Assembly (NCBI GenBank): GCA_050015075.1
Contig: JBEKCB010000028.1
Location: 1 to 64,000 of the forward strand
Source: Candidatus Brocadiia bacterium
GTDB taxonomy: Bacteria; Planctomycetota; Brocadiia; CAIUPP01
DNA length: 64,000 nucleotides
Direction: 5' to 3'
The position numbers were made by a program, and so were the translations under genes. Positions 9,234 through 18,479 of the stretch are shown here, in pieces. The notes below the pieces were generated by a model, which saw only the letters and a program-made list of their open reading frames with translations, made no database searches and had not been told where the DNA came from. Position 1 is the stretch's first letter. Each line of letters begins with the position of its first letter.

Positions 9234-11812
9234 GCCGCACCGCGGTCTGCACCATCGCCTCGAAAAACTACCTCCATTATTGCCGCACGCTGATGGACTC
9301 CGTCCGGCGCGTCCATCCGGACTGGGAGCAGCACCTCCTGCTCGCGGACGAGGTCCAGGGCGCGTTCGATCCGGCGGCGGAGAAGTTCAACGTCGTCGAG
9401 GTGGCGCGCCTGCCGCTCCCGCAGCCGCGCAAGTTCTTCTTCCGCTACACCATCCTGGAACTCAACACGGCGGTGAAGCCCTGGCTGCTTGACTGGCTCC
9501 TCCACGAGAAGGGTTACGACCGCGTGCTTTACCTCGACCCGGATATCCGCGTCTACGGGCCGTTGACGGAGGTCGGCGAAGCCCTCGACGCGGGCGCGAA
9601 CATGGTCCTCACTCCGCACCTGACCGGACGGCTCGACGACGCCCGCCGCCCGACCGAGCAGGAAATCATGCTAGCCGGCGCGTACAACCTGGGGTTCATC
9701 GCCCTGCGACGCGCCGATGCCGTCCGCGATTTCCTCCGCTGGTGGCAGAGCAAGCTGGAGTACGCCTGCGTCGTGGACCTGGATGCGGGCCTGTTCGTGG
9801 ACCAGAAGTGGATGGACCTCGCGCCGGGCATGTTCCCCGGCGTCTTCAACCTGCGCCACGAAGGGTACAACGTGGCCTATTGGAATCTCAAGCATCGCAA
9901 GGTGACGAAGGAAGGCAACGGCTTCCGCGTCAACGGCCAGCCTCTCAAGTTCTTCCACTACAGCGGCCTAAACCCTGAAGATCCCTCTCCGGTTTCCAAG
10001 CACCAGGACCGTTTCAAGCTGGCCGACCTGGGCGACGCCGAGGAATTGGTGAGGGATTACTGCCGAGCCGTCATCGCGCACGGCATGGCGGAGTGCCGCA
10101 CGTGGAAATATGCCTTCGGCTCTTTCGCCGACGGCGCTGAAATCCTCGATGCCATGCGCCTCTACTACAGGAACCACCCCGAGCGGCAGGCGGACTTCGG
10201 CGACGATCCGTTCCAGCTCAGCCACGACTATTTCAACCGCCGCTGGAGCCTCGGCCGGGAGACCGACGCCCTGGTCACCATCCTCATGCGCGCCGTCTGG
10301 GAGGCGCGCCGCGACCTCCAAATCATCTTCCCGGACATCGCCGGGTCTTCCCGCCAAGATTACGCGTACTGGTTCTCCAGGCACATCGCCGCCGAGATGA
10401 AGATACCCGACGTCTACGTCGAACCGGTCCGCGGAGCCTTCCGCAGCACGGGGCCGCGCGCGCTCAAGGCCGGCGGCGCCCGGATGATGCTCCGGAGCGG
10501 CTCCGCGCGGCTGAAGGCGGCGCTCTCGCCTCGCACCAAGGCGCGCATCAAGGCTGTGCTTCGGGGCGTCAAGCGGGTTTCGCCGCAGCGGCTCGCGGAC
10601 TACATGGAACGGACGCTGCCGATGCGCGAGCCGGTCGCCCCGCTGCATCCGCCGCCGCGGGTGGGCGTCCGCATGGTCAAGCTCAGTTCCCTCGCCGAAG
10701 GCGTCAACCTCGTCGGCTACTTCGCCCTCGAGACGGGCGTCGGCCAGTCGGCCCGCAACAGCCTCGCCGCCGTCCGGGCGGCGGAGTTGCCGCATTCGGT
10801 CGTGGATGCGGGCGCGACGGCGCCTTCGCTGGCGCAGGACTACACCTGCTCTCACCGGATCGCCGGCAAGAACCCGTACTCGGTCAACCTGTTTCACGTC
10901 AACGCCGACCAGTTCCCCGTCCTCTATGACCATTTCGGCTCCAGGTTTTTCGAGGAGCGGTACAACGTCGGTTACATGCATTGGGAACTGGCGGAGTTCC
11001 CGGACGAGGTGCTCAACTGCTTCGCCCTGCTGGACGAAGCCTGGGCGCCGAGCCGTTTCGTGATGGACGCCCTGGCGGAAAAGTCGCCCGTGCCGGTGGT
11101 GCGGATTCCCCACGCCATCAGCTTTGCGCTGACGCCGGGTGTGCGGCGAAGCGACTTTGATTTGCCGGCCGACGCTTTCCTGTTCCTGATGATGTACGAT
11201 ATGCGCTCGTTCCAGGCGCGCAAGAATCCCGAGGCCGCCATCGCCGCCTTCGAGAAGGCTTTCGCCGGCAGGGAGCAGGCGGCCCTCGTCATCAAGATCA
11301 GCAACGGCCGGGAGTTCCCCGGCGACCTGGCTCGCCTGCAGGAGCGTATGAAAGGCAACCCGGGCATCCGGCTCATTGACCAATGTTTGAGCCGGCAGCA
11401 GATGTACGACCTCGAGTCGGTGTGCGATGCCTTCCTTTCCCTGCACCGGTCGGAGGGATTCGGCCTGGGCCTCGCCGAGAGCATGTTCCTGGGCAAGCCC
11501 GCCGTCGGCACGAACTGGTCCGGCAACACCGACTTCATGGATGCCCGCAACTCCTGCCCGGTGGACTGCACGCTGGTGACGCTCGCGGAGGACTGCGGCC
11601 CTTACAAGGCCGGGCAGCGGTGGGCCGACCCGGACGTTGACCATGCCGCCTGGTACCTGCGGAAGCTGGTGGATGATCCGGCCTGGCGCCGGCGCATCGC
11701 GGAGGCGGGCCGAAAGACGATCACCGAAGAGTTCTCTCCGCAGGCGGTGGGACGGAGCTATGGGAAACGCCTCGATGTCATCTTCCGCCTCCTCGGCGGC
11801 GAGCGACGGTGA
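9230..11812 (+). CDS. two-domain glycosyltransferase (N-terminal GT-A, C-terminal GT4)
   Basis: ELNTAVKP, YLDPDI (DxD), DQKWMDL, GYNVAYWNL; then RKNP and SLHRSEGFGLGLAE. Confidence 0.85.
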   Translation: MSRTAVCTIASKNYLHYCRTLMDSVRRVHPDWEQHLLLADEVQGAFDPAAEKFNVVEVARLPLPQPRKFFFRYTILELNTAVKPWLLDWLLHEKGYDRVLYLDPDIRVYGPLTEVGEALDAGANMVLTPHLTGRLDDARRPTEQEIMLAGAYNLGFIALRRADAVRDFLRWWQSKLEYACVVDLDAGLFVDQKWMDLAPGMFPGVFNLRHEGYNVAYWNLKHRKVTKEGNGFRVNGQPLKFFHYSGLNPEDPSPVSKHQDRFKLADLGDAEELVRDYCRAVIAHGMAECRTWKYAFGSFADGAEILDAMRLYYRNHPERQADFGDDPFQLSHDYFNRRWSLGRETDALVTILMRAVWEARRDLQIIFPDIAGSSRQDYAYWFSRHIAAEMKIPDVYVEPVRGAFRSTGPRALKAGGARMMLRSGSARLKAALSPRTKARIKAVLRGVKRVSPQRLADYMERTLPMREPVAPLHPPPRVGVRMVKLSSLAEGVNLVGYFALETGVGQSARNSLAAVRAAELPHSVVDAGATAPSLAQDYTCSHRIAGKNPYSVNLFHVNADQFPVLYDHFGSRFFEERYNVGYMHWELAEFPDEVLNCFALLDEAWAPSRFVMDALAEKSPVPVVRIPHAISFALTPGVRRSDFDLPADAFLFLMMYDMRSFQARKNPEAAIAAFEKAFAGREQAALVIKISNGREFPGDLARLQERMKGNPGIRLIDQCLSRQQMYDLESVCDAFLSLHRSEGFGLGLAESMFLGKPAVGTNWSGNTDFMDARNSCPVDCTLVTLAEDCGPYKAGQRWADPDVDHAAWYLRKLVDDPAWRRRIAEAGRKTITEEFSPQAVGRSYGKRLDVIFRLLGGERR

Positions 11813-11835
11813 TGGACCGGAAGGAGCGGCCGGCG

Positions 11836-13032
11836 ATGGCGGCTGAGACCAAAGACGGGTTGCGGGTCCTGCTGGGCGGCGACTGCCTTCGCCGGCGCAA
11901 GAGCGGCATCGGTTACTACACTCAGGGGCTTCTGAGCGGACTTTGCCGCGCGCCCGAAGTGGCGGAAGTGGGCGTCTGCAGCGGCGCCCGAATCCTTCCT
12001 CCGGAGAGTTTCCTGCACGCACAACGCTCCGATCAAAGCACCGCCCGGCACGACAGGCTCCGCCGGCTCGTCTCGACGGCGGCGCCCTTCGTCAGCATGT
12101 GGGAGCGCCGGTGGCGCGGCGCGCGGCTGGCGCGGCTGGTCCGAAAGGGCAACTGGTCGCTCTATCACGAGCCCAACTACATCGCTCCGTCGCTTCCCTT
12201 GCCCACCGTAATCACGATGTACGACCTCTCTTTTCTCAAGTACCCGGAATTCATGCGGGCGCGCCGCGTGGCGTTGCTGCGGCGGGTGATTCCTCCGGCG
12301 CTCGAGCGCGCGCACGCCATCCTCACCCTCACCGAGCATGTCCGCCGCGAAGTCCTGGACACCTGGCCGAGGACCGATCCCGCGCGCGTGCGGGTAACCT
12401 ATGCGGGCGTGGACCCGCGGTTCGATGCGAGCCCGGCGGACCCCGCGCGCACGGCGGAGGTCCTTTCCCGGCATCGGCTGCCGCCCCGCTTCGTCCTCTT
12501 CCTGGGAACGCTGGAGCCGAGGAAAAACATTCAGGGGATCCTTCGGGCCTTCGGCCTGCTTTCGCCCGCGCTCCAGAAAAGTTTTCCCCTGGTCCTGGGC
12601 GGGATGCGAGGCTGGCGGGAAGAACACTTTGCCGCGAGCCTCCAGGACATGAGAAGCCGAGGCGTGCTCTTCGAGACCGGTTACGTTCCCCACGAAGACG
12701 TGCCGCTCCTCATGAAGGCGGCGGCGGCGTTCTGTTTTCCCAGCTTCGACGAAGGCTTCGGCCTTCCGCCGCTCGAGGCCGCCGCCTGCGGCACGCCGGT
12801 GGTTTGCAGCGACCGCGGCGCGCTGCCGGAGGTGATGGGCGACGCGGCCGTTTACGTGGATCCCGGTTCGCCCGAGAACATCGCGGCCGGTTTGAGCCGC
12901 GTGCTGGAGGACTCCGCTCTCCAGCGCCAACTGGCTGCGGCGGGGCCCCGGCGCGCAGCGCTTTTCACGTGGGACCGTTGCATTGCGCGGACCCTGGCCG
13001 CGTACCGGCTGGACGACTGCCATGGCGTCTGA
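11836..13032 (+). CDS. GT4 glycosyltransferase (copy 1)
   Basis: GTLEPRKN and FPSFDEGFGLPPLEA; AAGGAG RBS. Confidence 0.9.
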   Translation: MAAETKDGLRVLLGGDCLRRRKSGIGYYTQGLLSGLCRAPEVAEVGVCSGARILPPESFLHAQRSDQSTARHDRLRRLVSTAAPFVSMWERRWRGARLARLVRKGNWSLYHEPNYIAPSLPLPTVITMYDLSFLKYPEFMRARRVALLRRVIPPALERAHAILTLTEHVRREVLDTWPRTDPARVRVTYAGVDPRFDASPADPARTAEVLSRHRLPPRFVLFLGTLEPRKNIQGILRAFGLLSPALQKSFPLVLGGMRGWREEHFAASLQDMRSRGVLFETGYVPHEDVPLLMKAAAAFCFPSFDEGFGLPPLEAAACGTPVVCSDRGALPEVMGDAAVYVDPGSPENIAAGLSRVLEDSALQRQLAAAGPRRAALFTWDRCIARTLAAYRLDDCHGV

Positions 13033-14206
13033 AAACAAAAACGGGTTGCGGGTCCTGCTCGGCGGCGAGCGCCTGCGCGGGCGGCTGGTGAGCATCGGCT
13101 ACTACACCCAGGAGATTCTGAGCGGACTTTGCCGCGCGCCTGAAGTGGCTGAAGTGGGCGTCTGCATCGGCGGCAGAATCCTTCCTCCGGAGAAGTTCCT
13201 CCGCGGACAGCGCTCCGATCGAAGCACCGCCCGGCGCGACCGGCTCCGCCGGCTCCTCGCGACGGCGGCGCCTTTCGTCCGCGCGTGGGAACATCGCTGG
13301 CGCGGGGCGCGGCTGTCGCGGCGGGTCCGCGAGGGCGGCTGGTCGCTTTACCACGAGCCCAACTTCATCGCGCCCCGGGTTCCCGTGCCCACCGTGGTGA
13401 CCGTGCATGATGTCTCTTTCGTCAAGTATCCGGAGTTCATGCCGGCGGACCGCCAGGCGTGGCTGCAGCGGGAGATTCCGCGGACGCTCGCGCGCGCGCG
13501 CGCCGTCCTTACGCCTACCGAGCATATCCGCAGCGAACTCCTGCGCTTGTGGCCGGCGACCGATCCTGCGCGCGTGCGGGTGACTTATGAAGGCGTGGAC
13601 GCGCGATTCGATGCGAGCCCGCCCGATCCCGCGCGCGCCGCCGAGATGCTTTCCCGGTATCGGCTGCCGCCCCGTTTCGTCCTCTACATGGGAACGCTGG
13701 AACCGCGGAAGAACATCCAGGGACTCGTTCAGGCCTTCGGCTTGCTCAAGCCTGCGCTTCAGAAAGATTTCCCGCTGGTCCTGGGCGGGATGCCCGGGTG
13801 GCGAAAGGAGCACTTCGCCGCGAGCCTCGAGGCCTTGAGAAATCGCGGCGTGCTCTTCGAGGCCGGTTACGTGGTCCACGAAGACGTGCCGCTCCTCATG
13901 AAAGCGGCGGCGGTGTTCTGTTTCCCCAGCCTGGACGAAGGCTTCGGCCTTCCGCCGCTCGAGGCCGCCGCCTGCGGCACGCCGGTGGTTTGCAGCGACC
14001 GCGGCGCGCTGCCGGAGGTCATGGGCGATGCGGCGGTTTACGTGGACCCCGGTGCGCCCGAGAACATCGCGGCCGGGTTGACCCGCGTGCTGGAGGATTC
14101 CTCTCTCCAGCGCCGACTGGCTGCGGCGGGGCCGCGGCGCGCCGCGTTTTTCACCTGGGAGCGTTGCGTCGCCCAGACCCTCGACGCTTACCGGCTGTGC
14201 GGGTAG
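13022..14206 (+). CDS. GT4 glycosyltransferase (copy 2, tandem paralog)
   Basis: GTLEPRKN and FPSLDEGFGLPPLEA; colinear with copy 1. Confidence 0.9.
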   Translation: MASENKNGLRVLLGGERLRGRLVSIGYYTQEILSGLCRAPEVAEVGVCIGGRILPPEKFLRGQRSDRSTARRDRLRRLLATAAPFVRAWEHRWRGARLSRRVREGGWSLYHEPNFIAPRVPVPTVVTVHDVSFVKYPEFMPADRQAWLQREIPRTLARARAVLTPTEHIRSELLRLWPATDPARVRVTYEGVDARFDASPPDPARAAEMLSRYRLPPRFVLYMGTLEPRKNIQGLVQAFGLLKPALQKDFPLVLGGMPGWRKEHFAASLEALRNRGVLFEAGYVVHEDVPLLMKAAAVFCFPSLDEGFGLPPLEAAACGTPVVCSDRGALPEVMGDAAVYVDPGAPENIAAGLTRVLEDSSLQRRLAAAGPRRAAFFTWERCVAQTLDAYRLCG

Positions 14207-14233
14207 CGTCCGTTGCGCGAACGGAGGCAGGAG

Positions 14234-15403
14234 ATGGTGCCAGGCCGGCGGCGGATCCTCTTTGCGGGGCTTGTCCTGCTGGCCTACGCGGCGCTTTTCC
14301 TGGTCGTGGTCCGGCGCGGAAGCGAACTGCAGAAAGATGAAATTCATTTCTGGCCCACGAGCCTGCTCTTCAGCCGGTCGCTGATCCCGGACCTTGATAC
14401 GCTGCGAAACTACAACGAACTCAACACGCCGCTGCCGTTCATGGTTTTCGGCGGTGTGGAGCACCTCTTTGGATGGGGAGTGACCGGCGGAAGGCTGGTG
14501 AACTGGCTGGCGTCGCTGATCGTGATTCTGCTGATCGGCATGCCCCGACGCGACGGCGCCTGGCGTTCCTGCCTGGCCGCCGTCGGTCTGATGCTCTGTC
14601 CCTATTTCGTCGGCGCCGGCATTTACCTGTACACCGACATGCTGGCGGTTCTCTTCGTCTGCCTGGGAGTGTGGTTCTACCTGCGTTCGCGGCATGGGCT
14701 CAGCGCGGCGGCCTTCATCCTGGGCATCGCCTCGCGACAGTACATGATCGCTTTTCCGGCGGCGATCCTGTGCTATGAGCTTTGGGCGTCGTGGAAAAAG
14801 GGCTTCTCGGTGCGCGGCGCGTGGGTGGCGCCTGCAGTCGCCGCCGCATCCATCCTGGGTTGGATTGCGCTGTTCGGCGGCCTTGCGCCGCGGGCCGCCT
14901 TGACAGCGCAGCAGGTCAGCACCGCCAGGGCGGCTCGAATTTTCCCTGACCACGGGCTGTACTTTCTCGCATGCGTGGCCGTCTACTTCGTCCTCCCCGA
15001 GGCGATCCTGTTTCGAGACTGGCGGCCGGATTTGAGGCGATGGCGAACGGCCGCAGCGTGCGCCGTGATCCTCATCCTCCTTTTCGCCGCGTTTCCGCCG
15101 CTGGAGAACGTGGAGTACCCGATTCCGAGCATGGGGTTCTTCGACGTGGCGGTGCGCCATGTCCTGCCGGATTTCTGGCGCATGGCCTTGTTCTGCGCGT
15201 GCGCGTGGATTTGCTGCCTGCGGTTCATGCGGACGGGCCTGGCCGGCGTCCTGGTCGGGATGAATGCGCTGGTCATGCTCAAGGCGCACGTCGGCTGGGA
15301 CAAGTACGCCCTGCCGCTGCTGGCCGTCCTGTGGCTGCTGCGATCGGAACAACGCCTGGGATGCGGCGATGAGGCCGGCCTCCTCAGTGCGCGTTCCGGT
15401 TGA
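14234..15403 (+). CDS. multi-TM GT-C-like membrane protein
   Basis: DE motif after TM1 (KDEIHFW), YTDML, SRQY, WDKYALP; about 10 TM segments. Confidence 0.65.
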   Translation: MVPGRRRILFAGLVLLAYAALFLVVVRRGSELQKDEIHFWPTSLLFSRSLIPDLDTLRNYNELNTPLPFMVFGGVEHLFGWGVTGGRLVNWLASLIVILLIGMPRRDGAWRSCLAAVGLMLCPYFVGAGIYLYTDMLAVLFVCLGVWFYLRSRHGLSAAAFILGIASRQYMIAFPAAILCYELWASWKKGFSVRGAWVAPAVAAASILGWIALFGGLAPRAALTAQQVSTARAARIFPDHGLYFLACVAVYFVLPEAILFRDWRPDLRRWRTAAACAVILILLFAAFPPLENVEYPIPSMGFFDVAVRHVLPDFWRMALFCACAWICCLRFMRTGLAGVLVGMNALVMLKAHVGWDKYALPLLAVLWLLRSEQRLGCGDEAGLLSARSG

Positions 15404-16787
15404 AGAACCCCATGAAGGGCGTCAGGAAGAGGATCAGCGCGTCGAAGGCCAGCGACCAGTGGTTGATGTAGTAGAGGTCGTACTCGAGCCGTTTCGTCAG
15501 CGACGTGTTTCCGCGCAGGCCGTTGACCTGCGCCCAGCCGGTCACGCCCGCCTTGACATTATGCCGGAGCATGTAGGCCGGCAGGTCCTGCGTGAACTGC
15601 TGGACGAAGTGCGGCCGCTCCGGCCGCGGACCGACGAGGCTCATCTCGCCGCGCAGCACGTTGACGAACTGCGGCAATTCGTCGAGGCTCACGCGGCGCA
15701 TCCACGAGCCGACCCGCGTGCATCGCGGATCGTCATCCTTCGCCCAGACCGGCCCGGTCTCGCGCTCGGCGTCCACTCGCATGGTCCGGAACTTCAGCAG
15801 CGTGAACGGCCGCCCGCCCAGGCCCATCCGCTCCTGCTTGAAGAGCACCGGGCCGGGGCTGCTCGCGCGGACCAGCAGCGCCAGGAACAGCATCGGCAGG
15901 CCGAATAAGGCCAGGAGCATAATCGAGCCGACGATGTCGAGCGCGCGCTTGGCCATGGCGGGCCAGCCGCAGATCGGCGTATCGCGCAGATGGATCACCG
16001 GCAGCCTCTCGATCTCCGCGATGCTGGAGTTGAGCGTGATCGCGCCGGCGAAATCCGGGACCACCGACACCGTCAACGGCAATTTCGCGAGGGCGTCGAG
16101 CACGCCTTCGAGCTTCTCCGCGCTGCGGTGCGGAATCGCGACGAAGACCGTGTCCACCGGGTTCTCGCGCATGCACTCGATCAATTTCGAGAACGATCCG
16201 CGCACCGGCAGGCCGCACAGCGGCTCCGGGCGCGCCTCCTCGTCCACGAAATACGCCGTTCGCACGCCGAGCCAGGGGTTCTCCTGCAAGCTGCGCGACA
16301 GCTCCTGCGCACGCTGTCCGGTCCCGATAATCGCGGCGCTCTGCGTGCCCACCCCGCGCGCATACAGCGCCTTCAGCACCCGCCGCACCAGCGCCCGCGA
16401 GCCGGTCAGCGCGGGCGGACTCAGGAAAAGGAAAATGGCCAGCAGTTCGCGGCTGTACAGCATGTCATGGTGGAAGTAGTAGAGCGCCGCCAGCGTGCCG
16501 AGCCAGGCCAGGACGGAGGCCTTTCCGATCGGCAGCACCTCGCGGATGAGCGAGCGCGTCCGCACCGGGCTGTACAGCCCGACGAAGGCCAGGGCGAGCA
16601 GGCTGCACACGAGGACGATCGGCAGCAGCCGGACGAACATCATCGCTTCGGGCGGCGCGGACTCCAGGACCGGCAGCAGCCCGAGGCGGAACTTGACGGC
16701 GTAGGCGATCATCCACGCCGCGGCGACGGCGACGGCGTCGCAGGCCACCGCGATGGCGAAGAAGAGATGGCCGTAGCGCTTCAGCAT
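15384..16787 (-). CDS. wcaJ: undecaprenyl-phosphate glucose phosphotransferase
   Basis: N-terminal TMs; KRALDI, KFRTM, SLDELPQF, MSLVGPRPERP, GVTGWAQVNG, DLYYI. Confidence 0.9.
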   Translation of the reverse strand: MLKRYGHLFFAIAVACDAVAVAAAWMIAYAVKFRLGLLPVLESAPPEAMMFVRLLPIVLVCSLLALAFVGLYSPVRTRSLIREVLPIGKASVLAWLGTLAALYYFHHDMLYSRELLAIFLFLSPPALTGSRALVRRVLKALYARGVGTQSAAIIGTGQRAQELSRSLQENPWLGVRTAYFVDEEARPEPLCGLPVRGSFSKLIECMRENPVDTVFVAIPHRSAEKLEGVLDALAKLPLTVSVVPDFAGAITLNSSIAEIERLPVIHLRDTPICGWPAMAKRALDIVGSIMLLALFGLPMLFLALLVRASSPGPVLFKQERMGLGGRPFTLLKFRTMRVDAERETGPVWAKDDDPRCTRVGSWMRRVSLDELPQFVNVLRGEMSLVGPRPERPHFVQQFTQDLPAYMLRHNVKAGVTGWAQVNGLRGNTSLTKRLEYDLYYINHWSLAFDALILFLTPFMGFFNRNAH

Positions 16788-17095
16788 CGCTCCGCTCCCT
16801 TCGGCGGCGACCGTAAATAGAAGCCGCCGGGCGCGCCCTCAGTCGGGTGGAGGCATCCGTATCCTAAGGAGGATAAATCACCGCAGGCTACCGGTCAAGG
16901 CAGACAGGCCTTCGAGACATACTGGAGAATCATGCGCCGGCTGTTAAAGAAGGATGCGTTCAGAGCGATGCAGTGCATCATGATGTCCATAAACCGCGCC
17001 GCGATCCAGGCAAAACGACGGGACGGCGATTTCCCGGCGACACCGCGCAGGTGGACGCCGGCTCACGCGCTGCTTCTTGCTCGAGCGTTATTTGC

Positions 17096-17123
17096 TTGAT
17101 TCGCTCGGACCGGATGATAGAAT
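17096..17123 (+). promoter_or_regulatory. sigma70-type promoter TTGATT-N16-TAGAAT with extended -10 TG
   Basis: Motif upstream of the small-protein genes. Confidence 0.4.
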
Positions 17124-17268
17124 GAATTTATCGGGGCTCGGGGATTTCAAGGGACGAAGATGGGGGTCTGCACGGGGCGCTGATGATCCTGTTTGCGCCG
17201 CTCTCTCCATCGTTCTCCTTCAGTCCATTCTCCTTACCGTCGCTTGCTCGGGGAGGAGGTGAGCGCAG

Positions 17269-17412
17269 ATGATCCGCAAAGTCAAAGGGGGGTACCAGGT
17301 CCTCAGCGAGGCGGGCAGGAACCTCGGCGGACCGTACGCGACGCGGGCGGAGGCGGAGAAGCGATTGGCCCAGGTCGAGATGTTCAAGCACATGAAAAAG
17401 AAAACAAAGTAG
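17269..17412 (+). CDS. small basic hypothetical protein, 47 aa (MIRKVKGGYQVLSEAGRNLGGPYATRAEAEKRLAQVEMFKHMKKKTK)
   Basis: Strong GGAGGAGG RBS; stop followed directly by the next gene's RBS; below the ORF-track cutoff. Confidence 0.75.
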   Translation: MIRKVKGGYQVLSEAGRNLGGPYATRAEAEKRLAQVEMFKHMKKKTK

Positions 17413-17425
17413 AAGGAGCCGTTTC

Positions 17426-17929
17426 ATGTCTGAAAAAAGAGTCATCGAGCGGGCTAAACGCGAGAAGCGCAAGGGGCGCGCGCCGAGCACGCAGGCCGGA
17501 GAGTTCGTCCGGGAGGAAATCCGGCACGTCCGCGAAGGCGTCCACGGAGCGCGCTCGATCAAGCAGGCGATCGCCATCGGACTCTCCAAGGCGCGCCGGG
17601 CCGGCGTGGACCTGCCGCCGCCGAAGCAGGGAAAAGTTCCCGAGCGCACCCGCGAGAGCGCCGAGCGCGCGTACGCGCTAGGACACGGCGCGCCGTATCG
17701 CCGGCCGCCGTCGGCGAAGCGGAAGGCCGCCATCACCCGGGCGCTGAAGCGCGAACCGCAGGGCACGGCGTCGCCTCAGGCGCTCTCGCGCCAGGCGCGC
17801 GCGGCCGCCGCGAAACGGAGCGCCGCCGAGCGTTCGGAAGCAGCCCAAAAAGCCGTGCTCACGAAGGGGCCGGGCGAGCGGGCCGCCGCCGCGCGGAAGG
17901 CCGCGCGAACGCGGGCTCGGCGCGGTTGA
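17426..17929 (+). CDS. basic putative DNA-binding protein (DUF6496-like)
   Basis: PSTQAGEFVREEI..KQAIAIGLSKARRAGV; Ala/Arg/Lys-rich tail; AAGGAG RBS. Confidence 0.75.
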   Translation: MSEKRVIERAKREKRKGRAPSTQAGEFVREEIRHVREGVHGARSIKQAIAIGLSKARRAGVDLPPPKQGKVPERTRESAERAYALGHGAPYRRPPSAKRKAAITRALKREPQGTASPQALSRQARAAAAKRSAAERSEAAQKAVLTKGPGERAAAARKAARTRARRG

Positions 17930-17979
17930 TGCGGCATGTCCATTGGGGTTGCGCACAAGCCAGGCCCTGACCCATGAGG

Positions 17980-18007
17980 TTGACAGCTTCATCGGACGGG
18001 ATAGAAT
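17980..18007 (+). promoter_or_regulatory. sigma70-type promoter TTGACA-N16-TAGAAT
   Basis: Near-consensus hexamers upstream of the 18058 start. Confidence 0.55.
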
Positions 18008-18057
18008 ATCTAGTAGAGGGAAACATGGGGCGCGTGCATCTTTGCGGAGGCCAAAAC

Positions 18058-18405
18058 ATGAGCATCACCAAACTGATAATCGGATCCATAGCGGCCGGAT
18101 GCTTCTTCGTGGCCGGTTGCTATGTCGGTGTGAGACCGGCGAGCGTGGAAGTGGCTGCACCGGAAGTGGAAGTGGGCGTTGGGGTGGAGCAGCCTCTGCC
18201 GCCGGCGGAAGTGGTGACGGCCGCGCCGGGTCCTGCAGTGGACTTCCTATGGATTCCCGGATGGTGGGGCTGGGAAGGCGGCCGATGGGCCTGGCACGGC
18301 GGCTATTGGGGACACAGGCCGAACCGGGGCGCAGTATGGGTTCCTCACCACTGGGTCCGTGGCCCGCACGGCGGCTGGGTTCACAGTGGCGGTCACTGGC
18401 GCTGA
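18058..18405 (+). CDS. YXWGXW-repeat lipoprotein
   Basis: Lipobox VAGC; WIPGWWGW, WHGGYW, WVPHHW, WVHSGGHW repeats; GGAGG RBS. Confidence 0.8.
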   Translation: MSITKLIIGSIAAGCFFVAGCYVGVRPASVEVAAPEVEVGVGVEQPLPPAEVVTAAPGPAVDFLWIPGWWGWEGGRWAWHGGYWGHRPNRGAVWVPHHWVRGPHGGWVHSGGHWR

Positions 18406-18479
18406 GCGGCCTGGCGAGTCTGCCCGGATTTCCCAAACCCATCGTTTGGGAAGTCGGGGATAAGAGGAGAAATCAACCG

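Larger units (their letters stand above)
11836..14206 (+). repeat. gene-length tandem duplication, offset 1186 nt
   Basis: Starts at 11836 and 13022; an identical 86-nt block at 12748-12833 and 13934-14019 has the same offset. Confidence 0.9.

Noticed and set aside
16932-17099. 55-aa ORF with GGAG upstream (MRRLLKKDAF...)
   Set aside because: Atypical codon usage, no motif, and it runs into a promoter region; unsupported.
17943-18479. 179-aa N-terminal extension of PilT in the ORF track
   Set aside because: Overlaps the YXWGXW gene in another frame; a good RBS and ATG at 18480 mark the real start.
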